Source: Sphingomicrobium sp. (lineage in GTDB: Bacteria; Pseudomonadota; Alphaproteobacteria; Sphingomonadales; Sphingomonadaceae). Taken from it: 64,000 bases of DNA. Positions 1 to 8,771 of this stretch are shown here, in pieces. Each line of letters begins with the position of its first letter. Within the stretch, counting starts at the first letter, position 1. Both the position numbers and the translations under genes were made by a program. The stretch is from NCBI GenBank assembly GCA_035701045.1, contig DASSOB010000018.1, positions 4,583 through 68,582 on the forward strand. Reading direction: 5' to 3'. The notes under the pieces are model-generated. The model was not told the DNA's origin, made no database searches, and was given only the letters and a program-made list of their open reading frames with translations.

Positions 1-1284
1 CTCGGCCGAGCGGTTGAGGAGCAGGATTCCGTGCTGCGCGTCGACCGCGATTACGCCTGCGGTTACGCTCGACAACACCGCCTCGATGAAGGCGCGGCGC
101 GTCTCGATCTGCGTGTTCGCGCTGCGTAGCTCGTTGGTCTGTTCCTCGAGCCGCTCCGTCATCTGGTTGAAGGCGGTGGCGAGGGTCTGAACCTCGTCCT
201 CGCTTTTGGTGACGGGCACGCGCGCCGAGAAGTCGCCGCTTTCTATCCGACCCGCGGCGTTCACCAGTTCCCCCACTGGCCTGACGAGCCGATCGGCGAG
301 CTTGAGAGCCGTGAGTATCGAAAGGCCGACGATGATCAGCGCCCCGAGCAGTAGCGCCGCATTGAACCGAAGTTGATTTACCCGCGATCGCTTGAGGAGC
401 GATTGATAGTCACGAAGAACGTCGTTCGCGCGCGTAATCTGGTCGCGAAATTGTGGATCGAAGACGCGCGCATCATACAAATAAGTGTTCGGACCGTAAT
501 CGAGGCGCGTGAGCGCTCCAATGCGATCGGACGAGTTCACGGGAATGCTCTGCTTGCCCTGAAGCGCGTCGAGCATTGCCGGCGTGATCACCTTGTCCAG
601 CGCGCGATCGTAAGGGTTGACGAGGGCAAGCGTCCGAATCTGCTTGTCGGGGCCGTACGTGAAGATGATCGCTTCGGAGAGGCCGCGATTGAGTACCTGC
701 TTAACGCCGAAAGCTTCGGCGAACCGCGGATCATCAATCGTGGTCATGCGGAGGTAGTCAGCAAGGTCGCCGCTCGCCGCCACTGTCTCGTTCGCGACCC
801 GGTCGACTTCGCGTTGGTAGCTCGCGCGCGCGATCTCTACCGTATTCTCGAGCATGTTGCGGGCGCGGTTGGAGAACCAGAATTCCAGGCCGCTCTGGAA
901 CAGCACCGAGGCGAAGATCGCGACCAGCACCGTCGGTACCGCCGCAATCGCGGTGAACAGCGCGACCAACCGCACGTGCAGGCGCCCGCTTCCGAGCCCT
1001 CCCCGCTCCGCGCGCCGCACGGCCACCTTGCGCGCGTAGAGCGCCATCAGCGCTATCGCCGGAAGAAGGATGGCGATCAGCAGCACCGCGATCAAAGGCG
1101 GCGACAGAAGCGATCCGGGCTCGGCGCTACGGCTCAGCAGCATCGCGCTGAGTCCGAGCATCCCGGCGAGCAGAAGCCCGACGAGGATCATCAGGCGGTC
1201 ATAAAACCGCCCGCTCGCCCGCTCGCGCTGGAGCCAGCTTTCCTGCTGTGATGTCACGGGCGATTCGGCCGTACGCGCGTCCAT
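1..1284 (-). CDS. ntrY: NtrY-like sensor histidine kinase, N-terminal 428 codons (continues past window start)
   Basis: Not in the ORF track because it is open to the window edge. Hand translation from ATG 1284..1282 gives MDARTAESPV..., then hydrophobic helices (LMILVGLLLAGMLGL; LIAVLLIAILLPAIALMAL; VALFTAIAAVPTVLVAIFA) and a HAMP-like LADRLVRPVGELVNAAGRIESGDFSARVPV...ATAFNQMTERLEEQ. Lies directly downstream of dusB. Confidence 0.7.
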   Translation of the reverse strand, partial: MDARTAESPVTSQQESWLQRERASGRFYDRLMILVGLLLAGMLGLSAMLLSRSAEPGSLLSPPLIAVLLIAILLPAIALMALYARKVAVRRAERGGLGSGRLHVRLVALFTAIAAVPTVLVAIFASVLFQSGLEFWFSNRARNMLENTVEIARASYQREVDRVANETVAASGDLADYLRMTTIDDPRFAEAFGVKQVLNRGLSEAIIFTYGPDKQIRTLALVNPYDRALDKVITPAMLDALQGKQSIPVNSSDRIGALTRLDYGPNTYLYDARVFDPQFRDQITRANDVLRDYQSLLKRSRVNQLRFNAALLLGALIIVGLSILTALKLADRLVRPVGELVNAAGRIESGDFSARVPVTKSEDEVQTLATAFNQMTERLEEQTNELRSANTQIETRRAFIEAVLSSVTAGVIAVDAQHGILLLNRSAE

Positions 1285-1342
1285 TCGCTTCGGCCCTAGC
1301 ATGGCCGTTGCAGAATCAACACACTTCTATGAAGGTCGTGCG

Positions 1343-2356
1343 TCAGGCCGCGGAGCGCGCGAGCCACGGCGAATAGAATTCCTGCAACATGCGGATCACC
1401 ACCGCCGGGTCGTCCTGCTGGTTGACCGAATTGCGCAGCTCCGCCGAGCCGGGCAGGCCCTTGGTGTACCAGCCGATATGCTTGCGCGCGAGGTTCACGC
1501 CGGTCTGCGTCCCGTAGAGCTCGAGCATCTCGTCATATTGCTGGAGCATGGTCGAAAGCTGCACGTCGAGACTTGGGTCGGGGCGCTGTCCTCCCCCGCC
1601 GAGGTCGCTCATCACCTGGCCGACGAACCACGGCTTTCCGTAGGAGCCGCGGCCGACCATGACGCCGTCGGCGCCGGACTGGCGGAGCGCCTCGCGCGCG
1701 TCCTCGATTGAATTGATGTCGCCGTTGACGATGACCGGCACCGAGACCGCTTCCTTGACCCTGCGTACGAACGCCCAGTTGGCCTCGCCCTTGTAAAGCT
1801 GGCAGCGGGTGCGGCCGTGGATGGTGATCATCTGCACGCCGAGATCCTCGGCTATCCGTGCCAGTTCCGGCGCATTGAGGCTGTCGTGGTCCCAGCCCAT
1901 GCGCGTCTTGAGCGTCACCGGCACCTTCACCGCCTTCACGGTGGCCTCGATGATCGCGGCGGCGTTCTTCAGGTCGCGCATCAGCGCAGAGCCGGCCCAG
2001 CCGTTGACGACCTTCCTGACGGGGCAGCCCATGTTGATGTCGATGATCGCCGCGCCGCGCTGCTCGTTGAGCTTGGCCGCCTCGGCCATGACCTCCGGCT
2101 CGCAGCCCGCGAGCTGCATCGACACCGGCTCCTCGCAAGGGTCCCACAGTGATTTTTGCAATGACTGGCGGGTCTCGCGGATCATCGCCTGGCTGGCGAT
2201 CATCTCGCTCACCGTCAGGCCCGCGCCGAACCGCTTGACCGCGCGCCGGAACGGCAGATCGGTGACAGCCGTCATCGGCGCCAGGATCACCGGCGACGCG
2301 ACCTCGATGGGCCCGATTTTAATCGAGCCGATCCTGATGGGCTTCACCATGCTCAT
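1343..2356 (-). CDS. dusB: tRNA-dihydrouridine synthase B (NifR3 family)
   Basis: 337-aa ORF with Dus-family motifs: [35 protein letters not shown]. Confidence 0.9.
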   Translation of the reverse strand: MSMVKPIRIGSIKIGPIEVASPVILAPMTAVTDLPFRRAVKRFGAGLTVSEMIASQAMIRETRQSLQKSLWDPCEEPVSMQLAGCEPEVMAEAAKLNEQRGAAIIDINMGCPVRKVVNGWAGSALMRDLKNAAAIIEATVKAVKVPVTLKTRMGWDHDSLNAPELARIAEDLGVQMITIHGRTRCQLYKGEANWAFVRRVKEAVSVPVIVNGDINSIEDAREALRQSGADGVMVGRGSYGKPWFVGQVMSDLGGGGQRPDPSLDVQLSTMLQQYDEMLELYGTQTGVNLARKHIGWYTKGLPGSAELRNSVNQQDDPAVVIRMLQEFYSPWLARSAA

Positions 2357-2421
2357 GGGACGCGGGAGATAGGGGATGAGCCCTTGGCGGACAAGGCAGC
2401 GTGCCCTGCCGCTTTCCCAAG

Positions 2422-2533
2422 CCGCTCATCCTGAGTAGGGGCTGAGTAAGCGCAGCGCATCGAAGACCCGTATCGAAGGACCGTCCTTCGATACGCCGTT
2501 TCGACAAGCTCAACGGCTACTCAGGATGAGCGG
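2422..2533. repeat. Palindromic intergenic element: 17-nt inverted arms plus an inner 11-bp hairpin
   Basis: CCGCTCATCCTGAGTAG (2422-2438) is the exact reverse complement of CTACTCAGGATGAGCGG (2517-2533). The inner hairpin is GTATCGAAGGA-CCG-TCCTTCGATAC. The right arm contains ATG 2526. Confidence 0.7.
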
Positions 2534-3680
2534 GTTCTTTCGAATGACGACGACAGCCCTCATCGTTGCTGCCGGCAAGGGCGAACGCGCAGGCGGCGGC
2601 GTTCCCAAGCAATATCGGCTGCTCGGCGGCAAGCCGATGCTCCGCTGGGCGGTCGAAGCCCTGATCGGGCATCCCGCGGTCCAGTCGGCGCGCGTCGTCG
2701 TCGGCAAAGGGCAGGACGATCTCGCCGCAGCCGCCCTCCACGGACTCGACATCGGGCAGCCGATCGAAGGCGGAGCCGAGCGAGCGGATTCCGTCCGTGC
2801 AGGTCTCGCGCAGATCGAAGCCGATGCGGTGCTGGTCCACGATGCCGCGCGGCCCTTCTGCCCCGCCGCAGTTGTCGACCGGCTGCTTGCGAGCCTCGAG
2901 TTTTACGAGGGCGCAGCGCCTGTCCTGCCGGTCGGCGACACCCTCGCTCGCGTTGGCGAGACGCTGGAGGAGCCCGTCGATCGCGGCGGCTTGGTCCGGG
3001 TGCAGACACCGCAGGCCTTCCGGCTCGCTTCGCTCAGGGCTGCGTACGACAACTGGTCCGGCAACTCCCCAACCGACGAGACGACGGTCGTTCGAGCGGC
3101 GGGCATGAAGGTCGCCGCTGTCGAAGGTGATCCTGCACTGGAAAAGCTGACCTTGCCCGGCGACTTCGCCCGAGCCGAGCAGTGGCTCGCCGGCCGCCTT
3201 GTCCCCCGCACCGGGATGGGCTTCGACGTCCATGCCTTCGCCGGCGAAGGGCCGCTGATGCTCGGCGGTATCGAAGTGCCGCACAGCCGCGGCCTGGCTG
3301 GGCACAGCGACGCCGACGTCGTGCTTCACGCTATCACCGACGCATTGCTCGGTGCCGCCGGCCTCGGCGATATCGGAGAGCATTTTCCGCCTTCTGACGT
3401 TCGCTGGAAGGGCGCTGAGTCCTCTCTTTTCCTCGCCCACGCCGTCGAGCTGCTGCGCGGCCGGGGAGCCATCATCGACCATGTGGATTGTACTATTGTC
3501 GCCGAGGCGCCGAAGGTCGGCCCTCACCGCGTAGCGATGCGCGCGCGGATCGCGGAGATTAGTGGATTGAGCATCGACCAGGTGAGCATCAAGGCGACCA
3601 CGACCGAAGGGCTCGGCTTCACCGGCCGCCGCGAGGGCATCGCCGCCCAGGCGGTGGCGAGCATCCGGACAGGATTGTGA
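2526..3680 (+). CDS. ispDF: Bifunctional 2-C-methyl-D-erythritol 4-phosphate cytidylyltransferase / MEcPP synthase
   Basis: 384 aa. IspD part: [13 protein letters not shown]. IspF part: GMGFDVHAF...[19 protein letters not shown]. Alternative start ATG 2544 ([11 protein letters not shown]). Confidence 0.9.
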   Translation: MSGFFRMTTTALIVAAGKGERAGGGVPKQYRLLGGKPMLRWAVEALIGHPAVQSARVVVGKGQDDLAAAALHGLDIGQPIEGGAERADSVRAGLAQIEADAVLVHDAARPFCPAAVVDRLLASLEFYEGAAPVLPVGDTLARVGETLEEPVDRGGLVRVQTPQAFRLASLRAAYDNWSGNSPTDETTVVRAAGMKVAAVEGDPALEKLTLPGDFARAEQWLAGRLVPRTGMGFDVHAFAGEGPLMLGGIEVPHSRGLAGHSDADVVLHAITDALLGAAGLGDIGEHFPPSDVRWKGAESSLFLAHAVELLRGRGAIIDHVDCTIVAEAPKVGPHRVAMRARIAEISGLSIDQVSIKATTTEGLGFTGRREGIAAQAVASIRTGL

Positions 3681-3681
3681 A

Positions 3682-4185
3682 TTGAGCGACAAGCTGCTTC
3701 CGGACCTGCTGGTCGACAAGGCGCGCGAGGTCGTCGATTCGAACCGCGCCGCCGGACGGCGCGTGGCAGTCGCCGAAAGCTGCACGGGCGGCCTGGTCAG
3801 CGCGGCGCTCACGGAAATCCCTGGATCTTCCGACGTGTTCGAGGCCGGCTACGTAACCTATTCCAACGCCGCCAAAATCAGCGAGCTCAAAGTGTCCGAG
3901 GAAGTCGTCGACACGTTCGGCGCCGTCAGCGTCGCCACCGCCTGGGCGATGGCACGCGGCGCACTGGCAGCGTCAGACGCCGACGTGGCGGTTGCAATCA
4001 CCGGCATCGCCGGTCCCGCAGGCGGCACTCCATCGAAGCCGGTCGGCACGGTCGTCTTTGCCCGCGCGGAGCGCGACGCGGATCCTGCGAAAATCGTCGC
4101 CGACCAGAAATTCTTCGACGAGAAGACCCGCTCGGGCGTTCGCCTTCAGGCGGCGCTTTGCGCGCTCGACCTGCTGATGCCGTAG
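3682..4185 (+). CDS. CinA C-terminal domain / nicotinamide-nucleotide amidohydrolase family protein
   Basis: 167 aa with VAVAESCTGGLVSAALTEIPGSS and ITGIAGP. TTG start 1 nt after the ispDF stop. Confidence 0.8.
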   Translation: MSDKLLPDLLVDKAREVVDSNRAAGRRVAVAESCTGGLVSAALTEIPGSSDVFEAGYVTYSNAAKISELKVSEEVVDTFGAVSVATAWAMARGALAASDADVAVAITGIAGPAGGTPSKPVGTVVFARAERDADPAKIVADQKFFDEKTRSGVRLQAALCALDLLMP

Positions 4186-4607
4186 AGCGCCGCCGCGCGC
4201 TGCTCGAACGCGTCCGTCATGCGTCTGAGCGCCCGGTCGAACATCGCTCCGGCCAGCGTTTCGAACAGCCGCGACTTGAACGCAAAATCGACGGCAAAGT
4301 GGAGGTCGGTCCCGCCGTCCGCCGAGCGTTCGAACGTCCACTCGTTATGGAGATATTTGAGCGGACCTTCGACATAGTCGACGCAGATTCGGTTCGGCCG
4401 GTCCTTCACCACGCGGCTGGTGAACCGCTCCTTGAACGCGTTGAAGCCGACGACGATGTCGGCGAGCGTTTCCTTCGTGCTCGACGAGCGCACCCGTACC
4501 GCGACCACCCACGGCAGGAATTCATCGTAGCGCGCCACATCGGCGACCATGTCGAACAATTGCTCGGGCGTGTACGGCAGGTGTCGGGTTTCGCTGTGGC
4601 GCGGCAT
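4146..4607 (-). CDS. SRPBCC/START-fold protein of the RatA/COQ10 type
   Basis: 153 aa with HLPYTPEQLFDMVADVARYDEFLPW. Its ATG shares one nt with the lipA stop (TGATG). The 3' end overlaps the convergent cinA-like gene by 40 nt. Confidence 0.8.
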   Translation of the reverse strand: MPRHSETRHLPYTPEQLFDMVADVARYDEFLPWVVAVRVRSSSTKETLADIVVGFNAFKERFTSRVVKDRPNRICVDYVEGPLKYLHNEWTFERSADGGTDLHFAVDFAFKSRLFETLAGAMFDRALRRMTDAFEQRAAALYGISRSSAQSAA

Positions 4608-5545
4608 CAGCCGCCAATGCCTTCTGCCGTAGCACCACGCTCCAGCTGCGCGAGGCGTGCCGCCTGCATCTTCTTGAAATCGTCGCCGGCATGATAGCTC
4701 GACCGCGTCAGCGGCGAGGCCGCGACCAGGAGGAATCCCTTGGCGCGCGCAATCGCCGCATAAGCATCGAACGCCTTGGGAGTGACGAACTCCTCGACCT
4801 TGGCATGGCGCGGCGTCGGCTGAAGATATTGACCCATCGTCAGGAAATCGACTCCGGCCGAGCGCATGTCGTCCATCACTTGGTGGACTTCGAGCCTTTG
4901 CTCGCCGAGCCCGACCATCAGGCCCGACTTGGTGAAGATGTGCGGCGCCTTGCGCTTGATGCTCTCGAGCAGCCTCAGCGACGCATAATAGCGCGCGCCC
5001 GGACGGATTGTCGGATAGAGCCGCGGCACCGTCTCGAGATTATGGTTGTAGACGTCGGGTCCGGCCTCGACGATCGCATCGACCGCCGCTTCGCTCTTGT
5101 TGCGGAAATCGGGCGTCAGGATCTCGATGGTCGTGCTCGGCGTGTTCCGGCGCAGCGCCTCGATCACCTTGACGAACTGCGACGCGCCCCCATCGACGAG
5201 GTCGTCGCGGTCGACGGAGGTCACGACGACATGCTCGAGGCCGAGCTCGGCGGCCGCCGCCGCGACATGCTCCGGCTCGAGCGGATCGACCGGACGCGGC
5301 ATTCCCGTCTTGACGTTGCAGAAGGCGCAGGCCCGCGTGCAGGTGTCGCCGAGGATCATCACCGTTGCGTGCTTCTTGGTCCAGCATTCGCCGATGTTCG
5401 GGCAGGCGGCTTCCTCGCATACGGTCGCGAGGTTGAGCTCGCGCATCAGCCGCCGCGTCGCATGATAGCCCTCGCTGACCGGCGCCTTGACGCGGATCCA
5501 GTCGGGCTTGCGCTGTCGGGGCGGGATTGCGGCGGGGAGGTTCAT
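4607..5545 (-). CDS. lipA: Lipoyl synthase (radical SAM)
   Basis: [13 protein letters not shown] and [10 protein letters not shown] motifs. Likely start ATG 5545 ([20 protein letters not shown]). The ORF-track start is 5581. Confidence 0.9.
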   Translation of the reverse strand: MNLPAAIPPRQRKPDWIRVKAPVSEGYHATRRLMRELNLATVCEEAACPNIGECWTKKHATVMILGDTCTRACAFCNVKTGMPRPVDPLEPEHVAAAAAELGLEHVVVTSVDRDDLVDGGASQFVKVIEALRRNTPSTTIEILTPDFRNKSEAAVDAIVEAGPDVYNHNLETVPRLYPTIRPGARYYASLRLLESIKRKAPHIFTKSGLMVGLGEQRLEVHQVMDDMRSAGVDFLTMGQYLQPTPRHAKVEEFVTPKAFDAYAAIARAKGFLLVAASPLTRSSYHAGDDFKKMQAARLAQLERGATAEGIGG

Positions 5546-5610
5546 GTGGGCCAGATAGCGAGTGGCTGCGGCCCTTGCCACCCCTCCCCCCGAGGCGCTA
5601 GCCGCGGAAC

Positions 5611-6246
5611 ATGCCGTACATGAAACAGCTGATCGAGGGCTACCGCCGCTTCCGTGAGAAAAGCTGGGATCGCGAACGCGCCCGATGGGCCGAGCTCGCC
5701 GAAGGGCAAAGCCCCGAGGTCATGATCCTCGCCTGCGGCGACAGCCGGAGCGATCCGTCGCAAATTTTCGATGCGAGACCGGGCGAGATGTTCGTCGTGC
5801 GCAACATCGCCGCGCTCGCGCCTCCCTACGAAACGAGCACCGGCTTGCACGGTGTCTCCTCGGCGCTCGAGTTCGCGGTCACGCAATTGAACGTCGGCGA
5901 GATCCTCGTCATGGGCCACGGCATGTGCGGCGGCTGCTCGGCGGCGCTTACCGGCGCATTCGACGACCGGCGGCCCGGGCAGGGTCAGTTCATCGCCGAC
6001 TGGGTCCGGATGCTGGACCGCGCCCGCGACAAGGTCCGGGCCCGCCATACGGAGCTGGATCGCGCCGCTTTCCTCGACATGGAGCATGAGGCGGTGAAGG
6101 TCAGCCTTGCCAACCTGCGCACCTTCCCCTGGATCGTCGAGCGAGAGAAGGACGGACGCCTCAAGCTCCACGGCGCCCATTTCTCGATCTCCGAAGGCCG
6201 GCTGTACCTGCTCGACGAGGCGGAAGGGAGCTTCCACCCCGTCTAA
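5611..6246 (+). CDS. Beta-class carbonic anhydrase
   Basis: 211 aa with [11 protein letters not shown] and VMGHGMCGG zinc-ligand motifs. Confidence 0.85.
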   Translation: MPYMKQLIEGYRRFREKSWDRERARWAELAEGQSPEVMILACGDSRSDPSQIFDARPGEMFVVRNIAALAPPYETSTGLHGVSSALEFAVTQLNVGEILVMGHGMCGGCSAALTGAFDDRRPGQGQFIADWVRMLDRARDKVRARHTELDRAAFLDMEHEAVKVSLANLRTFPWIVEREKDGRLKLHGAHFSISEGRLYLLDEAEGSFHPV

Positions 6247-6256
6247 GCAAGGTTGG

Positions 6257-6568
6257 CTAGCACCTTACGTTGTAATTGTAATGCGGCTGCCCGTACTGGT
6301 CGACATAATAGCAGTAACCGCGGGTGTCGCGATAATATTGCTTGCCGCCGACGACAGCGCCCACGGCAGCGCCAAGCGCTCCGCCGACGATCGCGCCCGC
6401 ACCGGTCCCGATACCCGGAAGAACCGAGCCGGCGAGAGCGCCGGCGCCCGCGCCAAGCGCGGCGCCGGTCGCGGTGCTGGCAACGGCATGGTCGTAGGCC
6501 GGCGTGGTTGCACAGCCGCCGAGGGCTAAGCTGCTCGCTGCAGCAGCCGAAATCAGCAGACTTTTCAT
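6257..6568 (-). CDS. Glycine-zipper lipoprotein, paralogue 1, with Cys-containing YYRDTRGYCYYVDQYGQPHY C-terminus
   Basis: Start ATG 6568 after GGAGGA. MKSLLISAAAASSLALGGC lipobox. Gly/Ala zipper GAALGAGAGALAGS...GGALGAAVGAVVGG. The ORF-track start 6604 is probably too long. Confidence 0.6.
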   Translation of the reverse strand: MKSLLISAAAASSLALGGCATTPAYDHAVASTATGAALGAGAGALAGSVLPGIGTGAGAIVGGALGAAVGAVVGGKQYYRDTRGYCYYVDQYGQPHYNYNVRC

Positions 6569-6607
6569 GTGATGGTCCTCCAAAGGTGGCGCAAGCCCCT
6601 GCAATCC

Positions 6608-6632
6608 AGTGCGCTCACGGCAGTTTCGTTCC
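6608..6632 (-). promoter_or_regulatory. ECF-sigma-like promoter candidate GGAACGAAAC-N11-GCACT
   Basis: Minus strand reads GGAAC (6632-6628), N16, CACT (6611-6608), about 40 nt upstream of ATG 6568. The same motif and spacing occur upstream of paralogue 2. Confidence 0.3.
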
Positions 6633-6701
6633 GGCAGCCCCTTGGATCGTCCGTGAGCCGTGGCGAAAACGGAATGAAGCGGTTGAGCAGGAGCAAGCGA
6701 C

Positions 6702-6725
6702 GGGGCGGAGGAAACCCTCCGCCCC
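6702..6725 (-). terminator. GC-rich hairpin after lipoprotein paralogue 2
   Basis: GGGGCGGAGG-AAAC-CCTCCGCCCC, a perfect 10-bp stem about 40 nt downstream of the stop at 6765. No clear U-tract. Confidence 0.4.
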
Positions 6726-6764
6726 GTCGAACCGGCTCACTCAACAGGATGGGTTCAGGCGCGC

Positions 6765-7145
6765 CTAGCAGCGAATGTCGTAGCTGTAGTGCGGCTGCCC
6801 GTACTGGTCGACGTAATAGCAATAGCCGCGAGTATCGCGATAATATTGCCGGCCGTTGACCGTCGCGCCGAGCACGCCGCCCAGGATCGCGCCGGCGATC
6901 GCACCGGTGCCCGGCTTGATGCCCGGAAGAACAGCGCCGGCAATCGCTCCGCCCGCAGCGCCGATCGCGGCGCCCGTCACGGCGTTACCAGCCTGGTTGT
7001 TGCCATAATAAGGCTGACCATAACCGTTGTTGTAATAGCCATTATTGTACCCGTACGGACTGTATCCGTACTGGTTCGGATAAGTAGAGCATCCAGCCAC
7101 CGACACACTCGCGGCGGCAAGGACTGCAAGACCCAGCTTCCTCAT
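6765..7145 (-). CDS. Glycine-zipper lipoprotein, paralogue 2, with a Tyr/Gly/Asn-rich segment
   Basis: Start ATG 7145 (MRKLGLAVLAAASVSVAGC lipobox). Low-complexity STYPNQYGYSPYGYNNGYYNNGYGQPYYGNNQ, then a Gly zipper. Same C-terminus as paralogue 1: RQYYRDTRGYCYYVDQYGQPHYSYDIRC. Confidence 0.6.
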   Translation of the reverse strand: MRKLGLAVLAAASVSVAGCSTYPNQYGYSPYGYNNGYYNNGYGQPYYGNNQAGNAVTGAAIGAAGGAIAGAVLPGIKPGTGAIAGAILGGVLGATVNGRQYYRDTRGYCYYVDQYGQPHYSYDIRC

Positions 7146-7187
7146 TTCTCTCGTCCCTTCAACAACGCCGCCCCCTGTGCCGCTATT

Positions 7188-7212
7188 AGTGCACCAGACG
7201 GCGTTTCGTTCC
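7188..7212 (-). promoter_or_regulatory. ECF-sigma-like promoter candidate GGAACGAAAC-N11-GCACT
   Basis: Minus strand reads GGAAC (7212-7208), N16, CACT (7191-7188), about 43 nt upstream of ATG 7145. Confidence 0.3.
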
Positions 7213-7312
7213 CGCACCGATCATCCGCCGTTCAGCTCCGTGCGGGCCGGCGCGTTCAACAGTGGCCATTCCGCGATGCCGCGCTAGAGGGGCCGAAGAA
7301 GAGGAGTCGAGG

Positions 7313-8038
7313 ATGCGCGAACGCCTGCCCGAACAGGAAGCCAATGTCGCACTTCTGATCGATGCCGACAACGCCAGCCCCGACCATCTCGACGAAGTCC
7401 TGCTCGTGCTCGGTGAACTCGGCACGATCAACATCCGTCGTGCCTACGGCAACTGGGCGAAAGCGAGCCTCAAAGGCTGGGGCAATCTCACCGGCAGTCA
7501 CTCGATCGTGCCGATGCAGCAGTTCGACGTCGTCAAGGGCAAGAGCGCGACCGACATGCGGATGACGATCGACGCCATGGACCTGCTCTACCGCGGCAAG
7601 GTCGACGGCTTCGGAATCATGTCCTCGGACAGCGACTTCCTTCCGCTCGCGCAGCGCATCCGGGAGGAGGGATTGCAGGTCTATGGCTTCGGGACCGCCA
7701 AGACCCCGGTATCCTTCCAGCAGGCGTGCACGCGATTTTTCGACGTCGGCGCGCTCGCGCTCGAGGACGACCAGCTCGATCAGCCGACCGCGGGCAAGGG
7801 CCAGCGCCCGGTCGACACCGAGCTGCTCCAGGTGCTCGGATCGGCCTACAAGGCCTCCAAACGCGACGAGGAAGGCTACACGCCGCTCTCCGAGCTCGGC
7901 CAGCGCGCCAAGGCGGTCTCCAGTTTCGCCGCGCGCAACTATGGCTTCACCCGCCTCTCGGACCTCATCAAGGCCGTGCCCAACTTCGAAGTGAAGTCCG
8001 GCGACGACGGCCGGCTGCTGGTGAAGCGGCTGCGCTGA
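7313..8038 (+). CDS. NYN-domain (LabA-like predicted RNase) protein with C-terminal OST-HTH/LOTUS domain
   Basis: ATG 7313 after GAGGAG. NYN part: VALLIDADNASP...IRRAYGNW...GIMSSDSDFLPL. LOTUS-like part: YTPLSELGQRAKAVSSFAARNYGFTRLSDLIKAVPNFEV. Confidence 0.75.
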   Translation: MRERLPEQEANVALLIDADNASPDHLDEVLLVLGELGTINIRRAYGNWAKASLKGWGNLTGSHSIVPMQQFDVVKGKSATDMRMTIDAMDLLYRGKVDGFGIMSSDSDFLPLAQRIREEGLQVYGFGTAKTPVSFQQACTRFFDVGALALEDDQLDQPTAGKGQRPVDTELLQVLGSAYKASKRDEEGYTPLSELGQRAKAVSSFAARNYGFTRLSDLIKAVPNFEVKSGDDGRLLVKRLR

Positions 8039-8048
8039 CCGGCCGAGA

Positions 8049-8075
8049 CTGTGGATCGATCGTCCACAGATTTTT
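8049..8075 (+). terminator. Rho-independent terminator after the NYN gene
   Basis: CTGTGGA-TCGATCG-TCCACAG (7-bp stem) followed by ATTTTT. Confidence 0.55.
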
Positions 8076-8102
8076 CGCGGGCGCACCGATTCGTCCACTG
8101 TT

Positions 8103-8771
8103 GTGATCGCGCCACGGTCGCGTAATTTTGACGTCATGCCGGAACCACCGCGCGGGAAACCGGTTTGGGGGTCCAACCTGAATTCCATCCGCACTGGGGC
8201 AAGCTTGCCTGCACAACATCCCGAGCGCCTGCTCGACGAGGCGCTGAACGCTCTTGCCTCCTCGGGGGACTGGCGTTCCATCCTCGATGAGCTGCCGGCG
8301 CCGATCTACACCACGGATGCCGAGGGAGCGGTGACCTATTGGAACCGCGCGTGCGTCGAACTCGCCGGCCGCGTGCCGCAGCTCGGCGAGGACCGCTGGT
8401 GCGTGACGTGGCGCATCTACACCACCGAAGGCGAGTTCATGCCGCATGAAGAGTGCCCGATGGCGGAGGCGATCAAGGAGCGCCGCGAAGTGCGCGGCAA
8501 GGTCGCCATCGCGCTCAGACCCGACGGGTCGCGCGTCGCCTTCCGCCCCTATCCGAGCCCATTGTTCGACCCGGACGGTAAGTTCACCGGCGCGATCAAC
8601 CTGCTCGTCGACGTGAGCGACGAGCAGGTGGAGGCGCTGAACGTCGAGGCGGAGCGCTGCAGGCGCCTTGCCGACGCGACCTTCAACCGCGAGGTCTCGG
8701 AGATCCTCGGCACGATGGCGGAAGGGTACGAGCGGACCGCCGGCGAGCTGTCGAGGACGCGCAAGCCCTAG
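8103..8771 (+). CDS. Stand-alone PAS-domain protein
   Basis: 222-aa ORF with PAS-like LDELPAPIYTTDAEGAVTYWNRACVELAGR...PYPSPLFDPDGKFTGAINLLVDVS. Start uncertain: GTG 8103, ATG 8136 or TTG 8205. Confidence 0.7.
   Translation: MIAPRSRNFDVMPEPPRGKPVWGSNLNSIRTGASLPAQHPERLLDEALNALASSGDWRSILDELPAPIYTTDAEGAVTYWNRACVELAGRVPQLGEDRWCVTWRIYTTEGEFMPHEECPMAEAIKERREVRGKVAIALRPDGSRVAFRPYPSPLFDPDGKFTGAINLLVDVSDEQVEALNVEAERCRRLADATFNREVSEILGTMAEGYERTAGELSRTRKP

Noticed and set aside
373-1251. 292-aa plus-strand ORF at the start of the window.
   Set aside because: It is antisense to the ntrY-like reading frame, which shows TM, HAMP and PAS features. Its product is Arg/His/Gln-rich nonsense.
4146-4607. Possible RatA-type toxin of a toxin-antitoxin pair.
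   Set aside because: No small partner gene is present. It is translationally coupled to lipA, as a conserved START/COQ10-like housekeeping neighbour. I see no evidence for a TA module.
8141-8165. GGAAC-N16-GGTT inside the 5' part of the PAS ORF, as a fourth EcfG-type promoter.
   Set aside because: Not counted as a feature. It has an imperfect -10 box, lies within the annotated ORF, and only a weak RBS precedes the downstream in-frame TTG. It is mentioned only as a possibility.
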